Below, one piece after another: positions 63,795 to 64,000 of a stretch of 64,000 bases of DNA. Below the pieces are notes generated by a model, which ran no database searches, had not been told where the DNA came from, and was given only the letters and a program-made list of their open reading frames with translations. The stretch is from the human T2T-CHM13v2.0 reference genome, Homo sapiens. Each line of letters opens with the position of its first letter. Position 1 is the first letter of the stretch. The position numbers were made by a program, and so were the translations under genes. The DNA lies in the NCBI RefSeq assembly GCF_009914755.1, contig NC_060942.1, one strand, 5' to 3'.

Positions 63795-63950
63795 ATGGGT
63801 AATTTTATTATTGCCATTTCATAGTTAGAAACCTTAAATACAAAATGTTGAGTAATTTGCCCAGTGTCACATAGTCTATAGCAATGTTAGAAGTCACACC
63901 CAAGAATTCTTGTTTCATTGGCCACAAATTCACCACTCCATTCATGCAGC
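63795..63950 (-). mobile_element. MIR SINE
   Basis: 'ttattattgccatttcatagttagaa...gagtaatttgcccagtgtcacatag'. Confidence 0.7.
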
Positions 63951-64000
63951 TTCTTTAGTGAGAAATAATGACAAAGAGAAGAGTGAAAGCACTTTGGCAA

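Overview
AT-rich, repeat-dense primate genomic DNA, most likely human (AluY and L1PA2 copies are present). It looks intronic or intergenic, with no recognisable cellular protein-coding exon and no CpG island. The long ORFs are decayed LINE-1 ORF1/ORF2 fragments or Alu/LTR artefacts. About 9-33 kb is a near-continuous nested stack of same-orientation L1s: an old L1ME contains a near full-length L1MA4-like copy, which contains L1PA2, an AluS and an L1PA13-16 copy, which in turn contains an AluY. The rest holds MIR, L2, MaLR/ERV LTRs and DNA-transposon relics. I see no new multi-gene system. The best leads are an ancient 5S-rRNA-derived AmnSINE1-like element with an adjacent CpG-retaining hairpin, a perfect 21-bp inverted repeat, two templated 'filler' insertions, and several young tandem duplications. 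Repeat family names come from recalled consensus sequences matched by eye, not from a database search, and boundaries of old repeats are approximate.
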